Shown here piece after piece: positions 44,669-54,871 of a DNA stretch of 64,000 nucleotides (position 1 is the first letter of the stretch; the number at the start of each line of letters is the position of its first letter). Position numbers and translations under genes: made by a program. The DNA comes from an uncultured archaeon (lineage in GTDB: Archaea; Micrarchaeota; Micrarchaeia; Micrarchaeales; CABMGC01), in NCBI GenBank assembly GCA_963787445.1, contig CAWBCT010000005.1, positions 416,001 to 480,000 on the forward strand. The letters are read 5' to 3'. The notes beneath the pieces were generated by a model. That model saw only the letters and a list, made by a program, of their open reading frames with translations. It had not been told where the DNA came from and did not search any database.

Positions 44669-46321
44669 TTAATCGTCCAGGTGTCCGCCCATCCCTCCCG
44701 GCATGCCGCCTCCGCCTGCAGGTGCCCTGCCCTTGGAGCTGATCATGTCGTCTATGCGCAGGATCGATGAGGAGGCCTCTGTCGCGCTTGACATCGCCTG
44801 AAGCTTTACCTTCAGCGGCTCAATCACGCCGAGCTTCTCCATGTCCGCCATCTTGTTGTTGTAGACGTCGATACCGAAGTCCCTGCCGTCCTTGCCCTTG
44901 TGCTTGCTGCGCAGTGCGACGAGCGTGTCTATGGCATCCATGCCGGCACTGTCTGCCAGGGTCTTTGGCACAACCTCGAGAGCGTCAGCGAACGCCTGTA
45001 TCGCGAGCTGTTCCCTTCCGCCTACGTCTGTGGCGTACTCGCGCACCTTCATCGAGACATCTATCTCGGTGCTGCCGCCTCCTGTGACATACTTGCCTGA
45101 TTCAACGGCGCTTGCAAGCGCTCCCAGGACGTCCGTCATCGCACGTTCTACTTCGTCGACAGCCTGCTTTGTGCCGCCGCGTATGAACAGCGTTACGCTC
45201 TTGGGATCCTTGCACTTCTCCACGAAGATCATCTGCTCTCCTGAGATCTTTCTCTCCTCGACCATTCCTGCAAAGCCTAGGTCCTTCTGGCTCAGGTCGT
45301 CAAGGCTTGTTACCAGCCTTGCCCCTGTTGCCTTTGCGAGCTTCTCCATGTCGCTCTTCTTGACCCTCCTGACGGCGATTATGCCGTTCTTGGAGAGGAA
45401 GTGCTGCGCCACGTCGTCTATCCCCTTCTGCACGAAGACCACGCTCGCCTTGCTCTTGACGATCTTCTCGACCATGTTCTTTATCATCTTCTCTTCCTGT
45501 TCAAGGAAGGCCTGCATCTGCTCCGGTGAGGTTATCTCGATGCGTGCATCCGTCTCGGTCTTCTCTATCTCAAGTGCAACGTCGAGCAGCGCAATGGCCG
45601 CATTCTTCATGAGCCTCGGCATGCCCTGATGGGCTATCTCCTTGTCGATGACAACCCCGTTTATGAAGCTTGTGTCCTCGATGCTCCCGCCCTCCTTCTT
45701 CTCCAGCTTTATGAAGTCGCGGTCGATGGTCACTTTCGAGCCCTCCTTTATCGAGACCTGCTGCAGCGCCTGCAGCAGAAGGGAGGCGAGGTGCTTCTTC
45801 GTTATGTCGCTGCCTATATTCTTCGAACCCATCGAGATCATGGCGATGCGCTCAAGCTTGTCCTTGTCGTTTATCGTTATGTTCCTGGCCATGCTGTCGA
45901 GAGCGTCCACCGCCTTGATGCGGGCCATCTCATAGCCCTTGATTATCGCTGCGGGAGGGATTCCCTGATCAAGCAGTCCGCCAGCGTTCTTCAGCAGCTC
46001 GCCTGCGATTATCACTGCCGTGGTTGTGCCGTCCCCGACCTCTTTGTCCTGGGTCTTGGCTATCTCCACCATGATCTTCGCGACCGGGTGCTCCACGTTC
46101 ATCTCTTCGAGGATTGTGGCCCCGTCGTTGGTTATGATTATGTCCCCGAGCTCGCTTACGAGCATCTTGTCCATGCCCTTGGGACCGAGCGTGGTCCTCA
46201 CGATGCTTGCTACCGCATAGCCCACCGCTATGTTGGTGCGCTGTGCCTCCTTTCCTATAAGGCGGCTTGCGCCCTCAGGCAATATTAGATACTGCTGTCC
46301 CCCTAGTTGATTGTCTGCCAT
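44669..46321 (-). CDS. ths: Thermosome (group II chaperonin) subunit
   Basis: [27 protein letters not shown] tail. Confidence 0.97.
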   Translation of the reverse strand: MADNQLGGQQYLILPEGASRLIGKEAQRTNIAVGYAVASIVRTTLGPKGMDKMLVSELGDIIITNDGATILEEMNVEHPVAKIMVEIAKTQDKEVGDGTTTAVIIAGELLKNAGGLLDQGIPPAAIIKGYEMARIKAVDALDSMARNITINDKDKLERIAMISMGSKNIGSDITKKHLASLLLQALQQVSIKEGSKVTIDRDFIKLEKKEGGSIEDTSFINGVVIDKEIAHQGMPRLMKNAAIALLDVALEIEKTETDARIEITSPEQMQAFLEQEEKMIKNMVEKIVKSKASVVFVQKGIDDVAQHFLSKNGIIAVRRVKKSDMEKLAKATGARLVTSLDDLSQKDLGFAGMVEERKISGEQMIFVEKCKDPKSVTLFIRGGTKQAVDEVERAMTDVLGALASAVESGKYVTGGGSTEIDVSMKVREYATDVGGREQLAIQAFADALEVVPKTLADSAGMDAIDTLVALRSKHKGKDGRDFGIDVYNNKMADMEKLGVIEPLKVKLQAMSSATEASSSILRIDDMISSKGRAPAGGGGMPGGMGGHLDD

Positions 46322-46491
46322 TATATCACATTTATTTAGTATAAATCGCCCTACCTGGAAAAAGCCTGAATGAGAGTAAGGATAACAGTAACTTATAATG
46401 ACAAAAAACTATTTATAGGTTTGTTTTGACCCAGGATACGATGGCCGTAATAACGCATATATATCTGAAAAGGCGGTGTTTATAGTGTGAT

Positions 46492-47633
46492 ATGATGCCT
46501 GAAGTCAAGAGAGCTAAAACAGTAAGGACAGTCATGACAACCACGGCAGCCGCAGCGTTTCTTCTAGTTGCTCGACCTGCTGATGCCTGGCAAAGGAGTG
46601 CCGGAGGCGCAGCACCGCGGGCAAACGTTCAGCAAACCCACAATGTTGTAAACAATGGGAGGGGCAATGTGGGCACTTTCAACAGGAACTTTTCACTTAA
46701 TACTCGCGTAAACAACGGATTTAGAGGAAACCTCGGAGTTGCACGCACATTTGGAAACAACAGCGCAACTCGTGTCAGATAACAGAGTGAACTCACACCT
46801 AGCAGGCAACAATTTCAGGCCGAACAGGGGTATAGGTGGGAACACAGATTTTAGACTAGGCCACCGTGGAAATAATGGTATCTTTTTTGGAGGAATTAAC
46901 TACGGATTCGGGCAACGCTATCATCGCGCCTACGGCAGGGGCTGGGGCGGCTGGGGCTGCTACGGCGGCGGATGCTGGCTACCGGAGTACGTCGATAACC
47001 TGATGTGGGGCTGGAACGGCTGGCCTGTGATCTTTGCCGGTGGCGTAGAGTACGCTACCGCAGTTTACTCACCATACATTGTAAATGGAGCCCAGGTCGT
47101 AGTGGAAGGAAACCCAATGGTTACCTACGCCTATGACGTTCCAGGCCGGGGAGCAGTTAATGTTATAGGCCCTCAGCCACAGGTTGTCGATGACCAATCA
47201 ACTTCTCAGATAAACACTTTAACTGCAACCCAGAATGCACAGGAAAGAAAGATAGATGTACTGGCAGCCACACAGGTAGCTGATGAAAGAAAGTTCGGGA
47301 ATGCGATAACCACATTGGCAGAAAATCAGGCAAAACAAGGTAAAGGGTTCCAGAACGAGATTGAGTCCATAACAAAAACCCTGAAGCGCACCGCCGATGT
47401 GATCGGTGCCACTACCGAAAAGGTCAAGGACGACTGCAGATCAGGTTAAGGAACTAGAGAACTCAGATGAATCAGAAGCCAGCATGGAAGATCTGAAAAC
47501 CACTCAACGAAGAGTTCTGGCTGCTCTGATTGGCATCTCTGCCTACGCTCTTGGTGCTACCTTAGTCTCTTTGGGTCTCCACTTTAGGAAGCCTAAAAAG
47601 GCAAACACAGAAGCAGGCCAACCGGCAGGCTGA
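46492..47633 (+). pseudogene. Exported, C-terminally anchored low-complexity protein split by two +1 frameshifts
   Basis: Three successive overlapping ORFs: signal peptide + N/G/R-rich; G/W/Y-rich + coiled coil; coiled coil + TM. They read continuously if one base is removed near 46777 and one near 47429. Confidence 0.6.
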
Positions 47634-47639
47634 TGCGGG

Positions 47640-47647
47640 TTTATAAA
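47640..47647 (+). promoter_or_regulatory. TATA box for the single-repeat TBP gene
   Basis: TTTATAAA about 30 nt upstream of ATG 47677. Confidence 0.55.
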
Positions 47648-47676
47648 AGTTGCTGTGACAATAGTATCTGAATACC

Positions 47677-47994
47677 ATGGCCAAATCAAAGGGTAGAATG
47701 AGGACCTACGCCTCGCGCAAGATAAACCCCCAGATAAAAGTGCAAAACATCGTGGTCAGCGCAGACCTTCACGCCAACATCGACCTGTTTTCTCTCTCAA
47801 AGAACGTCCGCGAGGTGGACTACGAGCCCGAGCAGTTCCCCGGCGCAATCTTCCGCATAAAGGAGCCCAAGGGCGTGATCATACTTTTCAAGAACGGCAA
47901 GCTTATCTGCACCGGCTCCAACACCACGAAGAACATAAAGATCGTGCTCGAGCGCGCCGCCAAGGTAATCTCAAAGTACACGATAGACGTTTAG
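47677..47994 (+). CDS. Single-repeat TATA-binding protein (half-TBP)
   Basis: VQNIVVSADL...IDL, YEPEQFPGAIFRIKEPK.VIILFKNGKLICTG = one TBP repeat only; 105 aa. Confidence 0.88.
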   Translation: MAKSKGRMRTYASRKINPQIKVQNIVVSADLHANIDLFSLSKNVREVDYEPEQFPGAIFRIKEPKGVIILFKNGKLICTGSNTTKNIKIVLERAAKVISKYTIDV

Positions 47995-49130
47995 ACGCTC
48001 TTTTTCTTCGTCTCTTCCAGCAGCCTGTCGAACTTCCTGAAGAATATCTCCCAGGAGTAGGTGCTCTCAACTCTTTTCCTTGCCTCGTGTCCCATCCTCT
48101 CAGTGAGCGAGGCATTTCCTGACAGCTGAAGCATCCTTTCGGCCATCTCCTTCTCCGAGCCCACAAGGAAGCCCGTCTTCCCGTCCACCACTATGTCCCG
48201 CGGGCCACCCTCATTCACCGATATTACTGGCTTGCCGCTTGCCATGCCCTCCAGCAGCGAGATCCCGTGCTCCTCGTTCTGCCCGGAGAAGAGCATCGCA
48301 GTCGCGGAAGCGTGCAGCCTCCTTATCTCTTTGTCGGAGACGTTGGTCTTCATCTCCACCTTCAGCCCATGCGCGAGCTTCTTGAGCTTGTTGTAGTAGG
48401 CCTGGTGCTCTGGGTCCTTCGACAATGTTCCTGCAAGGACCAGCGAGTAGTTCTTCTTGCTCCTTGCTGAGAACTGCCTGAATGCGTTTATCACGTACTC
48501 CTGGCGCTTGTTGACCACGAAACGGGAGGGGTAGAAAAAGTATTTGTCATAGGCCTCATTGTTAAACTCCGAGGGCTCCACCCCTGGATATATTATTGTT
48601 GAATCGCGCCCATAGAACTTCTTAACATTTGACTGGGTCTTGGCGCTGTTCGCGGCGATGACCTCAATGTTCTTTATCACCCGGTTGGCTATCAGCTTGT
48701 ACATCTTCGTCATGGAGGAGTAGAGGAACTTCTGCCTGCTCGACCTGTGCTTCATCCTGGTCTCGTACAGGTCGTACACCTCTCTTGGAGGGGTGTGGCA
48801 GTACCACAGCACCCGCGCATTCTTGTGGCGGATCCACTCGCTCGGCGAGATGTGCGCATTTATCACGTCGTAATCCTCCTTTAGCTTGAGGTTGTAGAAG
48901 TTGTAGCCGTACCTCAGCCCCTGCGAGGCCCTGTAGGGCAGCATCTCGGCGAAGGGGACGTCCTTCCCGACTATCTTCACATCAACATCCTTGAACTCCG
49001 GGAAGGTGTCCTTCGGGGTGTACTCCAGCGTGTAGATGGGGGCGTCGTAGTGCTGCGCTATCTTCAGGAACACCCTCTCCGCTCCGCCCTTGAGATTTAT
49101 GTACGGTTGGGCAATAATCAGCTTCATCAT
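47991..49130 (-). CDS. Glycosyltransferase family 4
   Basis: GGAER, YCHTP, KRQ, EEHGISLLEGMASGKPV, DGKTG. Confidence 0.92.
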   Translation of the reverse strand: MMKLIIAQPYINLKGGAERVFLKIAQHYDAPIYTLEYTPKDTFPEFKDVDVKIVGKDVPFAEMLPYRASQGLRYGYNFYNLKLKEDYDVINAHISPSEWIRHKNARVLWYCHTPPREVYDLYETRMKHRSSRQKFLYSSMTKMYKLIANRVIKNIEVIAANSAKTQSNVKKFYGRDSTIIYPGVEPSEFNNEAYDKYFFYPSRFVVNKRQEYVINAFRQFSARSKKNYSLVLAGTLSKDPEHQAYYNKLKKLAHGLKVEMKTNVSDKEIRRLHASATAMLFSGQNEEHGISLLEGMASGKPVISVNEGGPRDIVVDGKTGFLVGSEKEMAERMLQLSGNASLTERMGHEARKRVESTYSWEIFFRKFDRLLEETKKKSV

Positions 49131-49166
49131 ATCAGCAACGAATGGCGAACCTAGGAATATATACGT

Positions 49167-52100
49167 TCAGCCAGGTATCGAGTAGTTGTTGTTCACGTAG
49201 CTCGGCTTGGGCACAACCACAGGCAGCGTGCCCGTGAAGTTGTTGAGCTTGAATATCATTATCTGGTTCGTGTCGTTCAGGTTCAACCCCTTGAAGCTCT
49301 CAGGGTACACCAGGGTGAAGCCCGGCAGCTTTCCGAAGAAGAAGCCGCGGTAGTAGTTCGAGTTGTAGAAGTCTGAAGGGGCATTCGTAACCGTGTCGTT
49401 GGGCCCGTTGGGCAGGTAAAGGGCCATGAAGTTTATGTAGAGCGGGCCTCCCTGGGTGAACTGGCGTTCTCCATTATAGAAGAGCTGGCCGGGCGAGATC
49501 ACGATGTTCGTAAGCGTCCCGTTGGGCGTGTAAACCGGAAGCAGGCCCTGGGCATTGGCCGTTGTCTGGACGCAGTAGGTCTGGTTCACCAGCTGGGGTA
49601 TCACCTCGCCCACGGTCAGCACAGCCTTTATCGCAGTTACGGAGGCGTTTGAGAAGCTGCAGTAGTCGGATATCTGCGGGCTTGCGGGTATGTTGATGTC
49701 CACCGGATCGTGGGAGATCTCGCACTGGGAGGTGCCCGTCAGGAACGGCTGGCCGTAGAGCTGCCCCTGCGCACTCGCGTAGGCCTGGCTTGTCTGGTTT
49801 ACGTTTACGCAGGCGAGGAAGTCAAGGGCCGACCACTTTGGTATCAGCTGATCGTCGAACAGCACGTAGCCCGCCTGAACCGAGTCCATGAACGTGCCCA
49901 GGTCCTTGGGCCCGTAGCTGTCGTTCACGCCCAGCACGTAATGGGCGGCGACCTTGTAGTCCAGCGTTGCCACAGAGTTGTCGCCCCTTATGACCGCGTT
50001 GCTGTTGCCGAACCAGTTGATCCAGTCGCCGTAGTCCCACCAGGAGAGTATTCTGGGCGCATAGGGCCCCACATTGGCGCTCATCCAGGCGGTCGCATAG
50101 AGCCAGGCCTGGGGCACGGTGTTGCAGTAAAGGTTCAGCCCTAGGACGTTCGTGTTGTTCGCGTTGGAGAGCGCACTGCAGCTCGGGTTTGCAGCGGCCG
50201 CGAACACGCTGACGAGCGACATGGCCTCCAGTAGCACGACAAGCACGAAGAAGCCGTAGAGCGCGTAGGTGTACCTAATGTCCGTAGCATGGTTCTTCTT
50301 GATGTAAAGCGCCGCCTCGCCGACGAGTATGCCGATTGCAAGTATGTACGCAACCCCGAAGTGCGGCAGGTACTTCACCTCGCTAAGCCCTGCCAATGCG
50401 AGCAGGCCGATTATGACCAGGTTCAGCACGCCCGTCTTCGAGTCGTTCTTTATGATGGTGTACAGCGAAACTCCGCCAAAGAGTATCAGCACCAGGAATA
50501 TTATGAGTGGAAGGCCGAAGGTGCTCGCCCCAATTATGCCAAAACCGTTGCTTCCGAAGTTGAAGGTAATTCCTGTTATCGCATACTCCTGCACTGTCAT
50601 GAACAGCGGTATGGACGGGGTGGTGAAGTGCACGCTGAGGCTATAGTAGTCCTTGACCGGCTTCCCCAGCGGGGTGAAGAGTATGAGCAGTATCACAAGG
50701 AGTGCCAGCACGCCGAGCCATTCATAATAGGTTATCTTTTCAACCTTCTTTATTATGCCGTACTTCTTTGCCAGCGTCGGCACGTACTCAAAGACCGCGA
50801 CTATGAGGAGCGCAAAGAGCGGGAACGCCACGATCGTAGGTATGCCCACCACCGACGGGATGCTGTCCGTTATCGCAGTCGTGTAGGGGCTGTAGAGTAT
50901 GTAGAAGAGCACAATGACGCCTATGACTATGGCGTTCATCTTGTAGAATGAGAGGCTGTTCTTGTTTCTCAGCACGTCGATGAGGCCCTGGACCACTATG
51001 TACAGGGCAAGTATTCCCGCATCGACGGTGTAGTAGTGGGATCCGAGGAAGGTCGAGACGAATGCTATGCCGGCAAGTATCGCATAGCGCTTCTCGTCCG
51101 GGTTTCTCACCGCCAGAAGGTATGTGGCGAAGAAGAAGAACAGCGCAAAGATGCCCCAGGGCTCGAGCAGCTGCTCTCCAGCGATGAACGTTGAGATGAG
51201 CGTGGGCATGGCCGCAGCGAGCGCGGCGGCTATGAGCGCAGGATACTCGCCGTACTCGTGATAAACGTACATGAACACCACGAAGACCAGCAGCGCAGCG
51301 GTTATGGGAGGGTAGACGCTGCTGGTGGTGCTGAGCAGCGAGGTGCTGATCTGCGCTGTTCCCGGCGCGCCCGCAGCTATCTGGTACCAGTAGGCCTCAA
51401 GGTAGGGCACTATGGGCTGTATGCTTTGAATCGTCCCGTTCACCAGGGTCGGCCAGGCCGAGTGGCTGTAGACCAGCTGGTAACCGTAGGTAAGTATGTA
51501 CTGGGTGCTGATCATGTCGAAGTAGGGGTCGAACTCGAAGAAGTGCGTGACCGAGCTCGGCACCGAGAGGTTCACTACGCGCGAGGCGAAAGAGACCAGC
51601 ATCAGCAGGAGAAGCAGCATCCAGACGATGGGCATGTTCGACTTCTTCGTGTCCTCCCTGGAGATGAGCCCGTACTCCTCGCGCTCATGCTCCTCGTACA
51701 GCCTGCGCTCCTGCCCGGCGTGGGTCTTCTTGACACTCTCGATCTCCTCAGAGCCGGCCCCGCTCTCCCTCAGGAGCCTCATCTCATTTTCATGGCCTTC
51801 CGCCAGCGTCTTCTCCTCCCTCTCGTGCTCGCGGAGTATCTTCATGTCAACTCCGAGGTGGGAGATCTTCGCGCGCAGTTCAGAGACCCGCTGCCTGTAA
51901 TCCGCGCTCGTGCTCCTGTACTCCTTTCCGGAGCCGTTGCGCCTGATTAGCGAGGACCAGTAGGCCGGGTCAAGGGCGCCCTGCCAGTAGCATAGGATGA
52001 GCCCTATTATCGTAAGTATGATGACGTTGATGTTGTAGAGGCCCGCTGAGAAGCTGAAGAAGCTGCTTACGGGTATGAGGTAGGCCTCTGCCCAGATCAT

Positions 52101-52244
52101 CGTTGGCGGGAAGATCAGGCCGAAGATGAAGCCGAGAATCCCGATCTCGATTATGTGCATGTTTGTTTTCTTAAGAAGCGCAAGAGCTAGGAAGAAGCCC
52201 GGAACCATTATCGCCAGGAAGGCTATTATAATGTCTAATATCAT
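49167..52244 (-). CDS. aglB: Oligosaccharyltransferase AglB/STT3 with N-terminal extension
   Basis: FEFDPYF, TVQEY, SWWDYGDWI; many TM helices. Confidence 0.92.
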   Translation of the reverse strand: MILDIIIAFLAIMVPGFFLALALLKKTNMHIIEIGILGFIFGLIFPPTMIWAEAYLIPVSSFFSFSAGLYNINVIILTIIGLILCYWQGALDPAYWSSLIRRNGSGKEYRSTSADYRQRVSELRAKISHLGVDMKILREHEREEKTLAEGHENEMRLLRESGAGSEEIESVKKTHAGQERRLYEEHEREEYGLISREDTKKSNMPIVWMLLLLLMLVSFASRVVNLSVPSSVTHFFEFDPYFDMISTQYILTYGYQLVYSHSAWPTLVNGTIQSIQPIVPYLEAYWYQIAAGAPGTAQISTSLLSTTSSVYPPITAALLVFVVFMYVYHEYGEYPALIAAALAAAMPTLISTFIAGEQLLEPWGIFALFFFFATYLLAVRNPDEKRYAILAGIAFVSTFLGSHYYTVDAGILALYIVVQGLIDVLRNKNSLSFYKMNAIVIGVIVLFYILYSPYTTAITDSIPSVVGIPTIVAFPLFALLIVAVFEYVPTLAKKYGIIKKVEKITYYEWLGVLALLVILLILFTPLGKPVKDYYSLSVHFTTPSIPLFMTVQEYAITGITFNFGSNGFGIIGASTFGLPLIIFLVLILFGGVSLYTIIKNDSKTGVLNLVIIGLLALAGLSEVKYLPHFGVAYILAIGILVGEAALYIKKNHATDIRYTYALYGFFVLVVLLEAMSLVSVFAAAANPSCSALSNANNTNVLGLNLYCNTVPQAWLYATAWMSANVGPYAPRILSWWDYGDWINWFGNSNAVIRGDNSVATLDYKVAAHYVLGVNDSYGPKDLGTFMDSVQAGYVLFDDQLIPKWSALDFLACVNVNQTSQAYASAQGQLYGQPFLTGTSQCEISHDPVDINIPASPQISDYCSFSNASVTAIKAVLTVGEVIPQLVNQTYCVQTTANAQGLLPVYTPNGTLTNIVISPGQLFYNGERQFTQGGPLYINFMALYLPNGPNDTVTNAPSDFYNSNYYRGFFFGKLPGFTLVYPESFKGLNLNDTNQIMIFKLNNFTGTLPVVVPKPSYVNNNYSIPG

Positions 52245-52381
52245 ACAAACTCCACAGTTTGTCTGGATTCACGCGTTAGCTATATGTATAAAACGTTTAA
52301 ATACCTATAATTCTGCGGGAAAGTTTGAGATTAGTATGCTGTAAGTATAATTAAATATTTGCCTATTATTTGTGGTTTACC

Positions 52382-53488
52382 ATGGACTCTGAAGTTGTAG
52401 TGATCGGCGCCGGAACAGCGGGACTAATAGCGGCGAAGCGGCTGGGCGGCTACGGGATAAGCACCACCGTATATGAGCGCAAGGCGGTCCCAGGCATCCC
52501 GGTGCGCGCATCCGGCATACTTTCGTTAAGCGGACTTGCCTCGCTCGGAATATCCTACAGGAGCACCGTCACCAACACGCTGACCGGAGCGATAATACAC
52601 GCAGGGAGCGCCTCCCTCAATGTAGATGCGAAGGAGCCCATAGCCGTGGCGCTCGACCGCAGGAAGCTGAGCGAGGTCTGCCTTGACGAGGCGAAACGCG
52701 CAGGGGCAACAATAAAGGTAAACAGCAGGGAGAGCGTCTCCTCATTCGCAGAGTCGGGCAAGATAATAGTCGGGGCCGACGGGGCGGTGTCGGACGTTGC
52801 AAAGCATTTCAAGATGGGGGCCATAGGCAAGTACGCGCTGACCTACAAGGCGACATTCGCAAAGGATTGCACAGGAAACCACATGGTAGAGCTGTTCTTT
52901 GACAACAAGGTGGTTCCTGGCCTGTTTGGCTGGCTCTGCCCAAACAGCAAGGATGAATTGGAGGTCGGGATAGGCATAGAAAGCGGGAAGGGCAACGCAA
53001 AGGGCGCCTATGACCTATTCCTGAAGAAGAAAGAGGTCAGCGAGGCGATAGCCGGGGCAAAGCTGCTGGAGGGGCACGCCAGCGTGATACCGATGCGCCT
53101 GCGTGAACACCTTGTTGATGAGAGACACAAAGTCCTGCTCGTTGGCGATGCCGCGGGGCAGGTTAAGCCCTCAACAGGGGGCGGCATAATATTCGGAGGC
53201 AACGGCGCCATTCTTGCTGCAGATACGATAAATAACCATCTGAAGAAAGGGACCCCGCTTTCCACCTACGAAAAGGCCTACTTGAGAAAGTACGGAAAGG
53301 AGACAAAGCTTCATTCCATCGCGAACAAGCTGTACGGCAGGATGGGAGAGAGGAGCGCCACCAGCCTGATAACTGCGATGAATGTGCTTGGAGTGGGCAA
53401 ACTGCTGGGGAGAATTGGCGAGATGGACATGCCAAGCCAGATGCTGAGGAACCTGATAAAAGGCCGACCGAAGCCAACTCCGGCCTAG
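52382..53488 (+). CDS. Geranylgeranyl reductase family FAD-dependent oxidoreductase
   Basis: VIGAG.AG, VGADG, GWL.P, LVGDAAGQVKP.TGGGI. Confidence 0.85.
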   Translation: MDSEVVVIGAGTAGLIAAKRLGGYGISTTVYERKAVPGIPVRASGILSLSGLASLGISYRSTVTNTLTGAIIHAGSASLNVDAKEPIAVALDRRKLSEVCLDEAKRAGATIKVNSRESVSSFAESGKIIVGADGAVSDVAKHFKMGAIGKYALTYKATFAKDCTGNHMVELFFDNKVVPGLFGWLCPNSKDELEVGIGIESGKGNAKGAYDLFLKKKEVSEAIAGAKLLEGHASVIPMRLREHLVDERHKVLLVGDAAGQVKPSTGGGIIFGGNGAILAADTINNHLKKGTPLSTYEKAYLRKYGKETKLHSIANKLYGRMGERSATSLITAMNVLGVGKLLGRIGEMDMPSQMLRNLIKGRPKPTPA

Positions 53489-53542
53489 GAAGCCCGAACC
53501 TATCTATAAAAAATCAACGGTCGATATATCTTCGGGCTGTTT

Positions 53543-54871
53543 ATGACTACTCGTGTGGACTCTAGGATCAAGAACCTGATAGAACGAGACAAAAAAGTGA
53601 TGCTCACAACCACCCGCTCCTCTTATCCCTTCGTCCCCGTCAAGGGCTCCGGAGACACCGTGACCGACATCTCCGGAAACAAGTTCATCGACTTCTCCAG
53701 CTTCATCGCAGTATATACCCTGGGCGTGAACACAAATGCATCGGTGCACGCTGCGGTCAAAAAACAGGTCGATAAGCTTTCACATGCCGCATTCACGGAC
53801 TTTTACGGAGAGTTGCCCGTGGAATTCGCGGAAAATTTAGTTAAGATGTTTCCAAAAGGTTTCGGCAAGGTATTTTTCTCAAACTCCGGAACAGAAGCCA
53901 ATGAGGCTGCGATAAAGTTTTCAAGATTATTTACCAAGAGGCAGTACACTCTCTCATTCTACAACTCGTTCCATGGCCGTACTCTTGGATCTTTGTCGCT
54001 TACGGCGTCGCGCATAGTCCAACGCGAGCACTTCGGACCATTCAACAGCACAATACACGTCCCCTATGCCTACTGTTACCGGTGCCCGTTCGGCAAGGAG
54101 TACCCCTCCTGTGGTATGGCCTGCGTTGATTACATAAAGAAATACCCGCTTCGCGAAGAGGTTCCTCCAAAAGAGGTTAGTGCGGTGTTCATTGAACCGA
54201 TACAAGGCGAAGGTGGCTACATCGTTCCTCCAAAGGAGTTTGTAAAAGAGATAAAGAAGATCACCACTGACAACGGGATGCTTCTAGTGGCCGATGAAAT
54301 ACAAACAGGATACCTGCGAACAGGAAAGTTCCTAGCGCTGGATCATTTTGGAGTCGAGGCCGACATATACACGATGGCAAAAGGGCTCGGCGGAGGTCTC
54401 CCGATAGGTGCGACCATAACGAGAAGCTCGCTCGGCGACATTCCAAGGGGGGCACATGCAAACACATTTGGCGGGAACCTGGTCTCTGTCGCAGCGGCGA
54501 ATGCCTCACTGTCCTATCTGAACAAGAACAAGGCAATGTTGGTAAATGCGGTGAACAGGAACTCAAAAATAATCTTCAAGCGCCTTGAGAATATGAAGGA
54601 GGAGTACGAGATAATCGGCGATGTGCGCGGAATCGGGATGATGATAGGCATAGAGCTTGTGAAAAGCAAGAAAACAAAGGAGCCAGCGATAGACGAGCGA
54701 GAGACGATAGTAAAGCAGGCATTCAACAACGGCCTGATCCTTCTGACGGCCGGAATATCCGTAATACGCGTTATACCACCCATAACGATCTCGGCAGAGA
54801 ATCTTGAGAAAGGGCTGAACATACTTGAGGAAGCGATAAAGACGGCCAATGCTTCTCTAAAAACTAAATGA
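53543..54871 (+). CDS. Class III PLP-dependent aminotransferase (acetylornithine/4-aminobutyrate-like)
   Basis: FSNSGTEANE, FHGRT, EPIQGEGG, DEIQTG, MAKGLGGG, HANTFGGN. Confidence 0.92.
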   Translation: MTTRVDSRIKNLIERDKKVMLTTTRSSYPFVPVKGSGDTVTDISGNKFIDFSSFIAVYTLGVNTNASVHAAVKKQVDKLSHAAFTDFYGELPVEFAENLVKMFPKGFGKVFFSNSGTEANEAAIKFSRLFTKRQYTLSFYNSFHGRTLGSLSLTASRIVQREHFGPFNSTIHVPYAYCYRCPFGKEYPSCGMACVDYIKKYPLREEVPPKEVSAVFIEPIQGEGGYIVPPKEFVKEIKKITTDNGMLLVADEIQTGYLRTGKFLALDHFGVEADIYTMAKGLGGGLPIGATITRSSLGDIPRGAHANTFGGNLVSVAAANASLSYLNKNKAMLVNAVNRNSKIIFKRLENMKEEYEIIGDVRGIGMMIGIELVKSKKTKEPAIDERETIVKQAFNNGLILLTAGISVIRVIPPITISAENLEKGLNILEEAIKTANASLKTK

